Below, piece by piece: positions 1-13,800 of a stretch of DNA of 64,000 bases. Origin of the DNA: Mobula birostris. Its lineage: Eukaryota. The stretch is from NCBI RefSeq assembly GCF_030028105.1, contig NC_092400.1:23642206-23706205 (forward strand), read 5' to 3'. Below the pieces are notes generated by a model that saw only the letters and a list, made by a program, of their open reading frames with translations, searched no databases and was not told the DNA's origin. Numbering within the stretch: position 1 is the first letter of the stretch; every line of letters starts with the position of its first letter. Position numbers and translations under genes: made by a program.

Positions 1-1761
1 GCTTCTGCTGAAGGAGCCATGTTGTCCAACATAGGAATGCTGCACCAGTCGATCAGGATTACAGGATGTGAGGGAAGGTTTCAGAGAGCCGAGGGGAAGA
101 GTTTTCTGAAGGGCAGTAGTCTGGTTTGAGGTCTTTTGGTGGGAACTGCAGAGCGGGGCACAAGGGACGATGCCGCAGAATGCCGTTGGAAGGAGAGTCC
201 TCATTGCGAGGTGTGCATTGTGTAGATGAATGGCTCCAAGGAGGAAGGGCCAATACTCCTGAGAGAGAGCCAGTTCATTCGAGATGGGCTTCGAGGGAAG
301 TTCTGAATGTTCGCGCAGACCATGGGTCCAGTGCCTAAGTAGATACAGCCCGACTACTCCAGAACGAGCTCCAACGTTTATGTGAACTTTGGACTGGTTT
401 AACTGTAATGGGCCTCTTTATTTTTCTTTTTTTTTTCTGTAACTGTTCATTAAAGTTGAAAATTTGCTCAATATATTTTCTTTATAATTTTATACTGGTG
501 TACGATCTGTCATTTCTGGGCTACTGATAGCTGTGTGTGGGCAGTATTTATGCAGCATTCACTACAACCTACGTTCCTTAATTGGAATATCCTAACTTTC
601 CCGTTTGGTTGAACCCCAAATCGTACCTAAACGTATATTGTTTATGAAAGGTGGCCTTCTCACCGCCCCGTCATCTGTCTGTTAGCAAAGTTAGCCAAGT
701 TTGTATACGAGCTCCGACGACAGGGTAGCATATGGAAAGGAATGAATCAATGTTTCAGGCCAAAACCCTCCATCAGGAATCAGACACTATACTTCCAAAA
801 AATACACAAACACTGTATTTCCAAAAATAATCATGCAGAGGTTTCACCAATAGTTCTGTGAGTAACACCAAGTCCTTAATAAGGTCGACGATCTTAGTTG
901 AAGAGGCAGCAAACCAGATAGTGCTGCCCTGCCTACTGCGCAGGCTCAGAAGTTGGAGCTTGCCCACTAAGTTGTTTTCCAGATCGAGCCGACCTCCCAC
1001 AACCAAGAGGTATCCAGCAAGGTAAGGAGGGATTCCAGATGTGAGTACCACTAAAGCCCCATCCCCAAAATACTCCCAGCAGCTTTTGACAGCTCGTCAC
1101 TGTCAGAGATTCAAAAACTTGCCAAATACATTTAAATAAGAATTTAAAATTACCTAAAACTTCTAAGAGAATAAATACAATTTTAAAAGAATGGGCAGTA
1201 TTAACAAGTAAGGAAGAACATTAAAATGAGGTGGAAAAATTCAATCACTTACCTGTAGTTATATTTGGTTTTAGGCTTGGAAATGCGATAAATTAATCAT
1301 ACGCTCAGCAGCCATAGACCAGAAGGGTTAGGAGTAGAATTAAGCTATTCAGCCCATCATGTCTGTTCCATCCATTGAGATAAATCTAAAGCGCATCCAG
1401 CCATTCATTAGAGTACTCTGCTGCTGTAATGAACTCAGCAGCCACACAAGAGATCAGTACCTTGTCATCCAACCTCCAGTTTAGCTTGGACCTTCATACT
1501 TGGGTACGTGGTTGTCGGCATCTGAGAAATACTGAAGCCCCAGGGACTGATAACTGTCACTTAAATTTTGCCAGGCTGGAATGCTGGACCTGGCTTCTCC
1601 TGGTAGTCAAAACGTCAGAGGGGTGGACAAAATTGGAACTGAATTGCATCTCATATTTGTGGTCAAGATTCATAGATATGTTATTAGGGAGCACCTACAG
1701 TGGTATACTGCATGCTGAGGTGAAGACCTACAGGTGAGACATAAGTAACCTTGGTGTAGCA

Positions 1762-2017
1762 CTGGGGTCCTTACCCTTTTTTATGCCATGGACCCCTTTG
1801 GCAGTCCGGTGAAGCCTATGGACCCCTTCTCAGAATAGTGTTTTGAAATATATAAAACAAAATGCATAAAATTACAAAATAAATCAATTATATTGAAATA
1901 CACATCAAAATACTACTGTGGTTTTCTTGCCTACATTCATAATAGAAGGGAATGATAGATTAGTGAAAATAATTTTTTTCCTATCCGAGTTCACGGACCC
2001 CAGGTTAAGAACCAGTG
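1762..2017 (-). mobile_element. hAT-Charlie-type MITE
   Basis: Imperfect TIRs ctggggtccttaccc / ggttaagaaccagtg; subterminal ggacccc repeats; AT-rich core. Confidence 0.7.
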
Positions 2018-2349
2018 GAGTAAGAAGAAAACTGTAGTAGGCTCAGGCATGTTCTTCTAAACAATAACATATTTTTCAAGGAAGTAACCATTAAAATCTG
2101 TGAATAGATCTAAAAGACCAACCTCCGACCTGATCAATTTAGGATCATCCATTTTAGGCCCAGTCAGAGCCCATGGTCCACTTCAGTTCCCAAGGTAGTT
2201 GTGAAAGGGAGACATTGAGGATGGTTAGACACATTCAGCTGCAAAAAGTGTGATTGTGAGAAGATCACAGAGTGACCGGAGGCTGCATTGAGCACAAAGG
2301 AATCAAAAAGGAATATTGCTTCTCTGCAATGGTGGTGTCCTTGTAGTAC

Positions 2350-2789
2350 CAGGCAGTATGGAAACTGTACTTCCCTCAGTCACAGGACTCTGAAGAGAGT
2401 GGTGCGGACAGCCCAGCACACCTGTAGGTGTGAACTTCCTACTATTCAGGACATTTACAGAGACGTGTGTAAAAAGTGCCCTAAGAATCATTGGGGACCT
2501 GAGTCACCCCAACCACAAACTGTTCCAGCTGCAACCATCCGGGAAACGGTACCGCAGCATAAAATCCAGGACCAGCAGGCTCTGGGATAGCTTCTTCCAC
2601 CAGGCCATCAGGCTGATTAATTCACACTGATACAACTGTATTTCTATGCTATATTGATGGTCCTGTTGTACATATTATTTATTACAAATCACTATAAATT
2701 GCACATTACACATTTAGATGGAGACGTAAGAAAGATTTTCGCTCCTCATGTATATGAAGGGTGTAAGTAATAAAGTCAATTCAATTCAG
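2350..2789 (+). mobile_element. Rex1/Babar-type LINE 3' fragment
   Basis: ORF-end peptide IIGDLSHPNHKLFQLQPSGKRYRSIKSRTSRLWDSFFHQAIRLIN; AATAAA followed by a (caatt)n tail. Confidence 0.8.
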
Positions 2790-2920
2790 AGCCAATCGAA
2801 TGCCAACCATTGAGTGAAGATTAGAGAGAAACGTGTACATATAAAGTACCTCTGCAACATTTTTAATCAATATTGTAAACAGACAAAGTATTAAACAACT
2901 AAGTTAAATATTGTGCTTAC

Positions 2921-3077
2921 CTCTCAGTATTACTTGTGACAGTAAGACGATATTGGGCTGGAGAGAAGGTAAATGGAATCCAGGAATTATGTTGCAAAAA
3001 TCTACAGATAGCCAGTCTTTCAACATATTCTACCACAAAGTCTGGCAACTCCAACCAAAATAAAAACCTGTAACTAT
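2921..3077 (-). CDS. RHBDD3: RHBDD3 coding exon 3 (157 nt)
   Basis: U12 branch site CCTTGAC 13 nt before the exon; reads YSYRFLFWLELPDF...TER; donor AG|GTAAGC. Confidence 0.85.
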
Positions 3078-6000
3078 CTGAATAAATAATGTCAAGGTCA
3101 TTCAAGTAATAAAACACTGAGTAGCCAAAGTGTAGTGGTTAGTGGTCAGGACATTGGAGTTCAGAGTTCATTTCTGGCCTCATCTGTAAGGAGTTTGTCT
3201 GTTCTCCCCGTAACCAAGTGAGATTCCTCCTGATGCTCCAATTTCCTCCCACAGTCCAAAGACGTACCGGTTAGTAGGTCAATTGGTCAATGTGAATTTC
3301 CCCATGATTAGGTTGGGTGGGTTGCTGGCAGTGCGGCTTGAAGAGCCAAGAAAAGCCTATTCTACACTGCAACTCTAAATAAAAATCAATAAAGCTGACT
3401 TTTACCCTTCAAATTTGCACCTCTTATTTGCATTAAGGTAGCTTTGACTTCAAGTGCTTTTAGAAAGATAAGTTGCAGAAGGTTAAAAGTTTTACTTGCT
3501 CTGATCACATGATTGATTCTGACAGGTTGGGGATTCCTGTCACAGTAAAGGAGTGCACCTTATAACTTGGAGCAAATCACCAGTATCAGGAATATATTGG
3601 AGCAAGTGATGCTGTGGAAATAGTATCAAAAAGGAATATTGCTTCTCTGCAATGGTGGTGTCCTTATAGTACATTGTGGTTAATTTAAAATTCAACATAC
3701 TATATAAATTTTGAAAAGTCGTGGGTATCTTGAACAACTTTTGTTCTTCTTTCCAAATAAACAAACTAAGTGATCCTCTACTTCCTGCAGCAGAATGGGA
3801 AACCCAAGTCTGAATGTGGAGCAGACCAAGGAAATGATTGTAGACCTTAGGAAGGTGTAGATGAACCAACCCCCTCTACGCATAATTGGCTCCTCTGTAG
3901 AAGAGTTAAGTGCACCAAGTTCCTGGGAGTTCATATCACCTCACCTGGTCCCTTAATATCAACTCCCTGAATAAGGCAGCACAGCAGCACCTCCACTTCC
4001 TAGGGAGATAGTGGCAAGCGAGGCTCCCCCCATCCCTCAACTTAACTGGAGCACCATTGACAAGCTGCATCTCCATCTAGTATGGGAGCAGCCGAGCATC
4101 AGATCAGAAGTCCCTACTGTGAGAACTGCCAAGAGGAATAGGGGTCACCGTACCATCCATCGGGGACATTTATCAGGAGTGCTGCATGCATAACGCCCTT
4201 AGTATTATCCCAGGACGCCACCCATCCATCTAGCTTCCACTTTGACATTATACCATCAGGCAGGAGATTCCAATGTAAAAAGAATGGTCAGGTTGGGAAA
4301 CAGCTTCTTCCCACAGGCCATTAGGCTTCTGAGCTCCCTGTTGTATTGCATTTGAAGTGTCACCGGTTAATCTATACAGTAACTGACAAATTTAGTTTAT
4401 GCACTTTACTTTATTTCTGCACAATTCATTTATAGATTTAATTTTTACTTTCCTAAGTTATTGTGTGCTATGTGTAATACTGTGCTCTACACCCTGGTCT
4501 GGAGAAACATTGTCTTGCTTGGCCATATACATGTATATAATTAAATGACAATAAACTTGACTTGACTTTCTCCATTACAGCGACATCTAAAACCAGGGGA
4601 ATAAAGTTTAAGGTATTGAGTGTGAGGGTTGGAGAGGATCTGAGGAATATTTTTCTTCATCCAGAGGGTCATAGCAATCTGGAAAACACTGCCTGGACAA
4701 GTGTTTAAATCACCAAGACATTGACAGCAATGGACCAAGTGCTTGTAAATGGGATTAATGTAGATGGGTAATCGAGGGGCTGAAGGGCCTTTTCTGTGCT
4801 GTATGACTCAATGATTATTATTGATGAGTCACTCAAAGTATTTGAAAGACATTTCTCAAATCTTCCTACAAGGAACCCCTGCAGCACTTTCAGGAGAGGT
4901 GGGAAAAACACCCGGAACAAATCTAATGTGCTGCCTAACCCAGATCATAAATCATGTTTTGATATTTTCACTGTTTTTAGTAATAATATTTTAAATTACT
5001 AGATAGTTGAATAGAAGCCAACGCCCACATCTCCTACGTGAATTACTTTGAAAGCTCTAAATGAAGTTTCAAACCTGGAATCCTTTGGATATACACGATC
5101 GGCTTTCAATGTTTAGCTGTGACTCAGGGGGCACCATTCCCACCACTAAATTAGAAGGGTCCAGCTTCAAGCCAAACTCCAGAGATTTGTGGTCAAAGCT
5201 CTGGGGCAATATTGAAAGAAGGGCTACTCTGTTGACAGTACCATCTTTCAGATGAAATGTTAGACTAAGGTGTCTTCTACAGTCTCCAGATGAATGCAAT
5301 TCATTCCATGGAAACAGATCAAGGGACCTTTGGTATCAAAGTCATGTCACTAAGAAGTACAAAAAACCTCCTGTCTATGAATTGGCTGCCAGATCTCCTT
5401 CAATACAACAGTGACTACAGTTACGAAGTACAGGTCGACCTTCACTAATCCGGCACCATTGGGACCTGAGGAGTGCCGGATTAGTGAAAATGCCAAATTA
5501 CAGAAGGGTCACATTAAGCATATCAGTGCCAGATTATCGAAGGAACCGAATTACAGGTTGTCGGATTAGTGAAGGTCAACCCGTACTTAATTAGCTATGG
5601 AACTCATAATGGTATCTATTAAGCGGCCTAAACGGCAATATATAAAGTACTTTAACAAAAACTGAATACAATGTAGATCTGAATTACTGTACAATCAGAA
5701 AGGATACAGAGCAGACCAACAATAACTCCACAGATATGGAGAAATATGGAAGAACTTGGAATAACAAGGTAGGCAACTGCGAGGAGTATCCAAGGCACTG
5801 CTGCTGGACGGATTCCTGCTGCAGTGAAGGTCCGTTTCATTTCTGAACTACAGCAGCTTAGTGTCACCATAGCAAAATGAACACTCGTGAAACCACACAC
5901 TGCTGTTTCTTCCAAGCTTAATAGTTTGCCCAAAAGCAGATAAAAAATTGCAGAAAAGACAGCAAAAATGATGGCGAGGTAAATGTATCGGATGGTACCC

Positions 6001-7805
6001 AACTGTTCCTCCAGATGGCTGCTCAGAAAAATTAGGAACACTACGTTGACGAGTAAAGTAAATATATTGTCATGACAGAAGCAGTAGCTCAGTAAACGGT
6101 GCACTGCAGGAATAAAACAGAATATTAGTTAATTTAATTCAACTAATGAGGCATGCTTTTGTTAAACATTGTTAGATACTTATGCAATATGCTACCATAC
6201 GTCTTTTCTAACAAATTCATAAAATCTGACATTTACAGTGCACTTCTTGTAACATCAACAAAGTCTCCGGAGAGCTACTGAAGCTAGAGGATCTAGAAGT
6301 GTTTTATTCAACAAAAAAGAGCAGCAGGCACAACATTGAGACCCTCTTGGAGGAAGAAGTCTCCTGACCCTATATTACATGACATTGTTATATGCTAAAG
6401 ATCAAAGGCATCAGTCGGATAATTTTATAGTTACACCGTATGTACAATGTTTCCTTTGAATTACATATAGTTTCCACACATCTCCTTCTTCGCACCCACA
6501 CTCCAGACACCCAAAATGAACATTAATCAGTGTTGTCTGGCTTGCAATCAGCTCCAGAAGAACTATTGTTCAGGACTGCATTTTAAATTCAATCTACAAT
6601 ACATGTTCATGTCTGGAGATTGGTTGCTGGTGAAATTAATATTTGTTATATACCTTGACTCCAGAGTACACCTCAACACTTCATCTTAAGTTCAGATCCC
6701 ATCATAGATCAAACGCAGTGAGCCTCAAGGGCTCTTCCTTGTTGAAATTCAAGATCTTTCCCTGGTTGAACCTGAATGCTTAGATAATGGTAAGATCAAA
6801 CGGCAAACGAGCTTTTTGAACAAAATGCTGCTTGTGCCACTTGCCGGTAAGGACAAGATTAGGATAATTTGGCAGATGGAAGTGTAGTTGAGAAACTGGT
6901 GCAGAGGGCAGGGTTTCAGATTTTTGGATCATTGGGATCTCTTCAGGGGAAGATATGACCTGTACAAAATGGGCAGGTTATGCCTGAACCTAGGGAGGGG
7001 GTGCCAATATCCTTGTGGGCAGGTTTCCAAGAGCTGTTGTGGAGAGGTTTAAACTAATTTGGCAGGGAATGGGAACCAGGAATGACAGGCAGATGATAAG
7101 GGACAATAGTAGTCAGTTGCAGTGTAAAAGGGGGAGCAATATCAAAAAGGGTGACAGATACAGGACTGAAGGTGCTGTATTTGAATGCATGCAGTTCACA
7201 GAATAAGGTAGATAATCTTGTAGAGCAGTTAGAAATTGGCAGGTCTGTCATTTTGGGCATCACTGAGTCGTGGCTGAAACAAGATTATAGTTGGGAGTTT
7301 ACTATCCATCTTGAATCAAAAATAGAGTTGGGTAGGTAGAGGGGTGGCATGGCACCATTGATTTAAAAAAAATGAAATTAAGTCCTTAGGAAGAGGTGAC
7401 ATAAGTTCGGAAGATGTAGAATCCTGGTGGGTAGAGTAAGTAAACTGCAAAAGTAAAGGGACCCTGATGGGAGTTACTGTATATACAGGCCTCCAAACAG
7501 TTGCCAGGATATGGGCTACAAATTACAACGGGAGACAGAAAAGGCATGTCAACAGGGCAATGTTACAATAGTCATGGGGGATTTCAAAATGCAGGAAGAT
7601 TGACTAAATCAGGCTGGTGCTGTATCCCAAGAGAGTGGATTTGTAGAAGGCCTACAAGACAGCTTTTTAGAACAGCTTGTGGTTGAGCCCACTAGAGGAA
7701 CAGCTATTCTGTATTGCATGTTATGTAATGAACCAGCCTTGATTAGTGAGCTTAATGTAAAGGAACCCTTAGGAGGCAGTGATCATGATATGATAGAATT
7801 CATGT

Positions 7806-7863
<58 letters not shown>

Positions 7864-10800
7864 AGCTAAAGTCAGTTGTATCAGTATAACAGTGGAGTAA
7901 AGAGAATTACAGAGCAATCAGAGAGGTACTGGCCAAAGTTGATTGGAAGGGGACTAGCAGGGATGACAGCTGTGCAGCAATGGCTGAAGTTTCTGGGCAC
8001 AGGGCAGAAACATCCCAAAGAAGAATAAGTATTCTAAAGGCAAGATGATGCAAGTGTGGCTGACAAGGGAAGTCAAAGCCAACGTAAAAGCCAGGGAGGG
8101 CACATAATAGAGCAAAAAGTAATGGGAAGTTACAGAATTGCAAAGCATTTAAAAACCAACAAAAGGCAACTAAAAAAGCTATCGGGGGGGGGGAGAGAAA
8201 TATGAAGGTAAGCTAGCCAACGATATCAAAGAGGATACCAAAATTTTTTTCAGATATATAAAGAGTAAAACAGAAGCAAAAGTAAATATTGGACTGCTGT
8301 AAAATGACACTGGAGAGGTAGTAATGGAGGACAAAGAAATGGCAGATGAGCAGAATAAGTATTTTCCATCAGCTTGCACTACAGAACAAACTGGCAATAT
8401 GCCAGAAGTTCAAAAGTGTCAGAGGCAGAAATGAGTGTAGTTGCTATTACTAAGGAGAAGGTGCTTGGGAAGCTGAAAGGTCTGAAGGTAGATAAGTCAC
8501 CTGGATCAGTTGAACTATACTCCAGGGTTCTGAAGAAGATAACCCAAGAGATTGTGGAGGCACTAATAATGATCTTTCAAGAATCATTAATTTTTGAAAT
8601 GGTTCCAGAGGACTGGAAAATTGCAAATGTCACTCCACTCTTCAAGAAGGGAGGAAGATAGAAGGAAGGAAACTATAGGTCAGTTGGCCTGACTTCAGTG
8701 GTTGGGAAGGTGTTGGAGTCGATCATTAAGGATGTAGTTTTGGGGTACTTGAAGGCACATGATAAAATAGGCCAAAGTCAGTATGAGTTCCTTAAGCTAA
8801 AATCTTGCCCAACAAATCTGTTGGAATTCTTTGAGGATAGACAAAGGAGAATCAGTGGATGTTGTGCACTTGGATTCTCAAGAAGCCTTTGACAAAGTGC
8901 CACACATTAGGCTGCTTAACAAGTTAAGAGCCAATGCAGGAAAGATACTAGCATAGATAAAGCATTGGTGTGATTGGCAGAAAGCAAAGAGTGGGAATAA
9001 AGGGAGCTTTTTCTGATTGGCTGCCAATGACGTGGTGTTCTGCAGGGGTCGGTGTTGGGATCGATTCGTCTTACATTGCATATCAAAGATTTGGATGATG
9101 GAATTGATGGCTTTGTGGCGAAGTTTGTGGACAATACGAAGATAGGTGGAGGGGCAGGTAGTGTTGAAGAAGCAGGGATGCTGCTGAAAGGCTTAGACGG
9201 AAGAGAAGAAAGGGCAAAAAAATGGCAGATGGAATACAGCGTCATGAAGTGTATGGTCATGCACTTTGGTAGAATGAATTAAAGCATAGATTATTTTCCA
9301 AATGGGGAGAAATTTCAAAACTCCGAGGTGCAGTGTCTTGGGAGTCCTAATGTAGGATTCCCTAAAGGTTAATTTGCAAGTTGAGTTGGTGGTGAGGACA
9401 GCAAATGCAATGTTAACATTCATCTCAAGAGGACTAGAATATAAAAGCAAGGATGTAATGCTGAGCTTTATAAGACACTGGTGAGGCCTCTCTTGAAGTA
9501 TTGTGAACAGTTTCAGGCCCCTTATTTTAGAAAGGATGTGCTGGCTCTAGAGAGGGTTCAGAGAAGGTTCATGAAAATAATTCTAGGAATGAAAGACTTA
9601 TTGTATGAGGAGCAATTGATGGATCTGGGCCTGTACTCATTGGAATTTAGAAGAATGGAGGGATCTCATTGAATGATGGAAAGCCTAGATAGAGTGATGC
9701 AATGGAGCAATCTCAGACCAGAGGGTCCAGCCTCAGAATATAGGGATGTCCATTTTGAACAAAGATGAGGAGGAATGTCTTCAGCCAGAACATGGTGAAT
9801 CTGTGGAATTTGTGGCCACAGGCAGCTGTGGAGGCCAGACCATTGGGTGTATTTAAAGTGGATGTTGACAGTTTGTTGATTAGTCAGAACATGAATGGTT
9901 ACGAGGAGAAGGCGGGAGAATGGGGTTGAGAGAGAAATGGATCCGCCATAATGAAATGACGGATCAGACTCAATGGGCCGAATGGCCTAATTCTGCTCCT
10001 ATGCCTCATGGTCTTATTAGCAAAAACATCATGTTTAAACTGAAGAACAGCTACTGCAGATGGCTTCCACAGGAAAAAAAAACAGGCACTAACAGAAACT
10101 TTTTCCACAGGAAATACAGATTTTTTTTTCCTTAAATACCCAACCAGTATTCCCTTTCGGCTGCAATTCAGGGATTCTGAATATCTTACCCGAATCTCCT
10201 TTATTTTCCTCCTCTTCAAAAACACCGTAACACCATATGACATGGAAGCATAATTAGGCCATTCGGCCCATTGTGCCTGCTGCACCAGTCCATCATGGTG
10301 AATTTTATTAACCCTCTCAACCACATTCTCCTGCCTTCTCTCCTCAACCTCTGATGCTGTTAGTAATCAAGAACCTATCAACCTCCACTTTAAACATACC
10401 CAATGTCTTGGCCCACGCAGCTGTCTGTGATAAAAAAAAATCCAGAGATTCACCACCCTCTGGCTGAAGAAATGCCTCCTCATCTCTGTTTTAAAGGAAC
10501 ATCCTTCTATTCTGAGGCTGTGCTCTGTGGTCCTAGACTCCGTCACTGCAGGAAACATCCTCTCCACATCCCCACTATCTAGGCCTTTCAATATTCGATA
10601 GGTTTCAAGGAGATTGCCCCTCATTCTTCTAAGCTCCAGTGAGTACAGGCCCAGAGCCATCAATTGCTCCTCATACATTAATCCTTTCATTCTCGTGAAC
10701 TTCCTCTAGACAGTTTGCTGAGAACAGTGACTTCCATATTCCCAACAAGGGGTGAAAAGGCAGGCTCAGTCAAGAAACTGATCCACTTACCTAGCCTATC

Positions 10801-13800
10801 CACTGAACATGCACACACCCAGTAACATGGACAGTAATCATGACCACCTCTGTGTACCACCCAAGGTCATCTCGGACCATCAGTCCAAGGTCAACTAGGT
10901 CAAAAGATTGAATCTGCAGCCTTCCTCCTGAAAAGAAATTTGTGTATGTTTCATATTTAATAGAGCTGCACTTCATTCTTTATTGAAATTTTTTAATTTT
11001 TTTCTTGTTATTTTGTTCTGAAAACTGCCTACTGGCAATTCACTAAATAATCTGTCAATTTTATGATATTTCAATATAAAGACTTCAGGGTATGTTTGTT
11101 GCATGACTGTTTCGAAAATGAAACAATACATCATAATGATCTATGTAAGTGCACAATAGACTTTGCATCACTTTCCCATATACTTAACAGTGTATCTACT
11201 GGATTTCCACATCATTGGTACAACCCAAACACATACATTAGGATAATTGTTTGAAAATCTAATGGAAGTTCATCAATATGCTCCACCCAAAATATATACT
11301 GTACATACAGCATATATTACTGATCACGGACACGCCTATCACAGTACTTTTTTTATTCCCTACTTCTGGCATTGTTATTCCAATAAATAATATCACATAT
11401 AACCACTACTGACAAGTGAATCTTGCTTCTAACCTTTATTGGGATGCAGCGCAGAATAGGCCCTTCCAGCCACACCGCCCAGCAATCCCCCAATTTAATC
11501 TCAGCCTAATCACGGGGCAATTTATAATGACCAATTAACCTACTAACCAGTATGTCTTTGGACTGTGGGAGGAAACCCACGCAGTCACGGGGAGCACATA
11601 CTCCTTTACAGGCAGCAGAGAGAATTGAACCCAGGTTGCCTATACTGTAAAGTATTGTGCTATCCACAACGTTCCTCTTGAACAACAAAGTCCTCTCAAG
11701 GGTGGCAGGGCAGAGATATGTCTCTACCGAAGTAGGTGTAAGGTACTCCTTATCTCTGCTCGCCTGCAGGGTCACCCTTGGGCAAGGTGTATCACTTATT
11801 TAGCCCCACTGATCAGGTTCATGTGAAGCCATGCTAGCAGGTGGTGGATGGTCGTATGAGCAGCCGGTACATATCGCAAGTCCTGGTTATGTGACCACTG
11901 ACGGCAGACAGACAGTCTCTGAAGAGTATTGATAATGGCTGTGGTCGCCTGTCTAGGTTAATTCGCAGGTTGAGTCTGTGATGAGGGAGGCAGGTATGAT
12001 GTTGCCATCTATTTCATGAGGACTAGAATATAAAAGCAAGGATGTAATGCTGAGACTTTATAAGGCACTGGTGATGCCTCACATGGAGTATTGTGAGCCG
12101 TTTCAGGCCTCTATCTTAGAAAGGATGTTCTGAAACTGGACAGCGTTCGTGAAAATGATTCCAGGATTGAATGGCTTGTCATTTGATGGCGCTGGTCCTG
12201 TATTCATTGGAATGAGGGCTGATCTCAATGAAACCTTTCGAATGGTGATATAGTGGATGTGAGACAGATGTGGAGAGGATGCTTCCTATGGTGGGAGTGT
12301 CTAGAACCAGAGGACACAGCTTCAGAATAGAGGGGCTTCCTTTTAGAACGGAGATGAGGAGGAAATTCTTCAGCCAGGGAGTGGTGAATTTGTTGAATTC
12401 TTTGCCACAGGCAGCTGTGGAGGCCAAGCCTTTATGTATATTCATGGCAGAGGTTGATAGATTCTTGATTGGTCAGGGTATGAAGGGATATGGCGAGAAG
12501 CCATGACAACATGGTGGAATAGACTCGATGGGCCAAATGGCCTAATTCTGCTCCTATATCTTATGGTCTTAAAAAGAAACTGCACATAAGGTGGCATTGG
12601 CAGAACAGTTTTGTAGAAAAATATGCTAAGAAGAATCATTTTCATGAAAAGACCACGATCGCCTATGTCAAACAACATGGCACATAACAAAGCCCATTCA
12701 GTCTCTTCGATCCACCCTGGCACTCAATTAAAAATCTGACCATTTTGTACTCCTATTTATCTAATCTGATTTTTCCACGTATTCTTCACCTAATAATATT
12801 TGTCCTTGAAAATCAAAAAAACTAGAAGATGCTGGAAATTTGATTACAGCACAGAAAAAGCTGGGAAATCTCAGCAATTTAGGCAGCATCAGTGAAAAGG
12901 AAAATAATCTTTTTTTTAAGCGTTTTTTCAGCCTCTTGTCAGAAATGGATAGGAAGATTTAGGAAGAGGTGCAAAGAGGTTTTCAGTAGGAGTGAAAACA
13001 GGGAGGGAAATGTAGAACAAAGGGAGTATCTGTGCTTAATGGGCACACTTATTAGCACATTAAACTACTAGGCCTATGTAACCAGTTGTTAATGGTAGGA
13101 CTCGCCCATCAGATGAGACAGATAGCAGAATAAAAACAATACAATGCTCCCTCCTACATCATACATACACAGATACTCAAAGGCAACAAGAGAAGTTAAT
13201 AAGGTGATTTAAACATGTGAAAAAAAATTTTTTATTGACTAAGGCAGAGAAAGTCAAAGCCAGATTATTGTTAGATCACTAGAACTATATGAGCAATAGT
13301 TAGATCACAATTTAAATACTGCATACAGTTCTAAGCATCACATTACAGAAAAAATGTAACTGTAATGGAGAAAGTACAGAAGAAATTTTTGAAAAAATTG
13401 CCAGAACTTTATAGCTACGAAAAGATTGGATGACTGAGGTATTAGTGGGGAGTTACTACAGGAATATAAAATTGAAAATAGTACATATAAAAGATATGTT
13501 TCCCAAGCAGAGGAATCAAAACTAGAGGTTATGAACTTAAAATATTTAATTTAGGAGAATAAGGAGTTTTCCCCCAACTCAGGGAGTTTACAGGTCTGGG
13601 ACTCACTGCCTGAAAGGAGGCATTGCCACATAAATTCTGTTTGTGATAGATTTAAATCTGAGGTAGCTTCCTTGACACATATGTCCTGGTCTTGTCCTCT
13701 GCTAGGAAAATATTGGAAAGATATTTTTGATATTATTTCAGTAGTTCTGCGTATTGATTTACAACCTCACCCTATTACTGCAATTTTTGGACTACCATTG

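Larger units (their letters stand above)
3078..5707 (-). other. U12-type (minor spliceosome) GT-AG intron of RHBDD3
   Basis: 5' site GTATCCTTTC (5707-5698); branch site CCTTGAC (3097-3091) close to CAG; no long pyrimidine tract. Confidence 0.85.

Noticed and set aside
1-730. GC-moderate ORFs (59..253, 126..338) as further RHBDD3 exons
   Set aside because: No RHBDD3-like linker or UBA sequence and no fitting splice sites. The region looks repeat- or LTR-like, but I cannot support a family call.
6280-6860. Possible LTR fragment
   Set aside because: No paired LTR, PBS/PPT or coding remnant identifiable
6870-10017. Active reverse transcriptase gene
   Set aside because: Many stops and frameshifts; a dead CR1 copy
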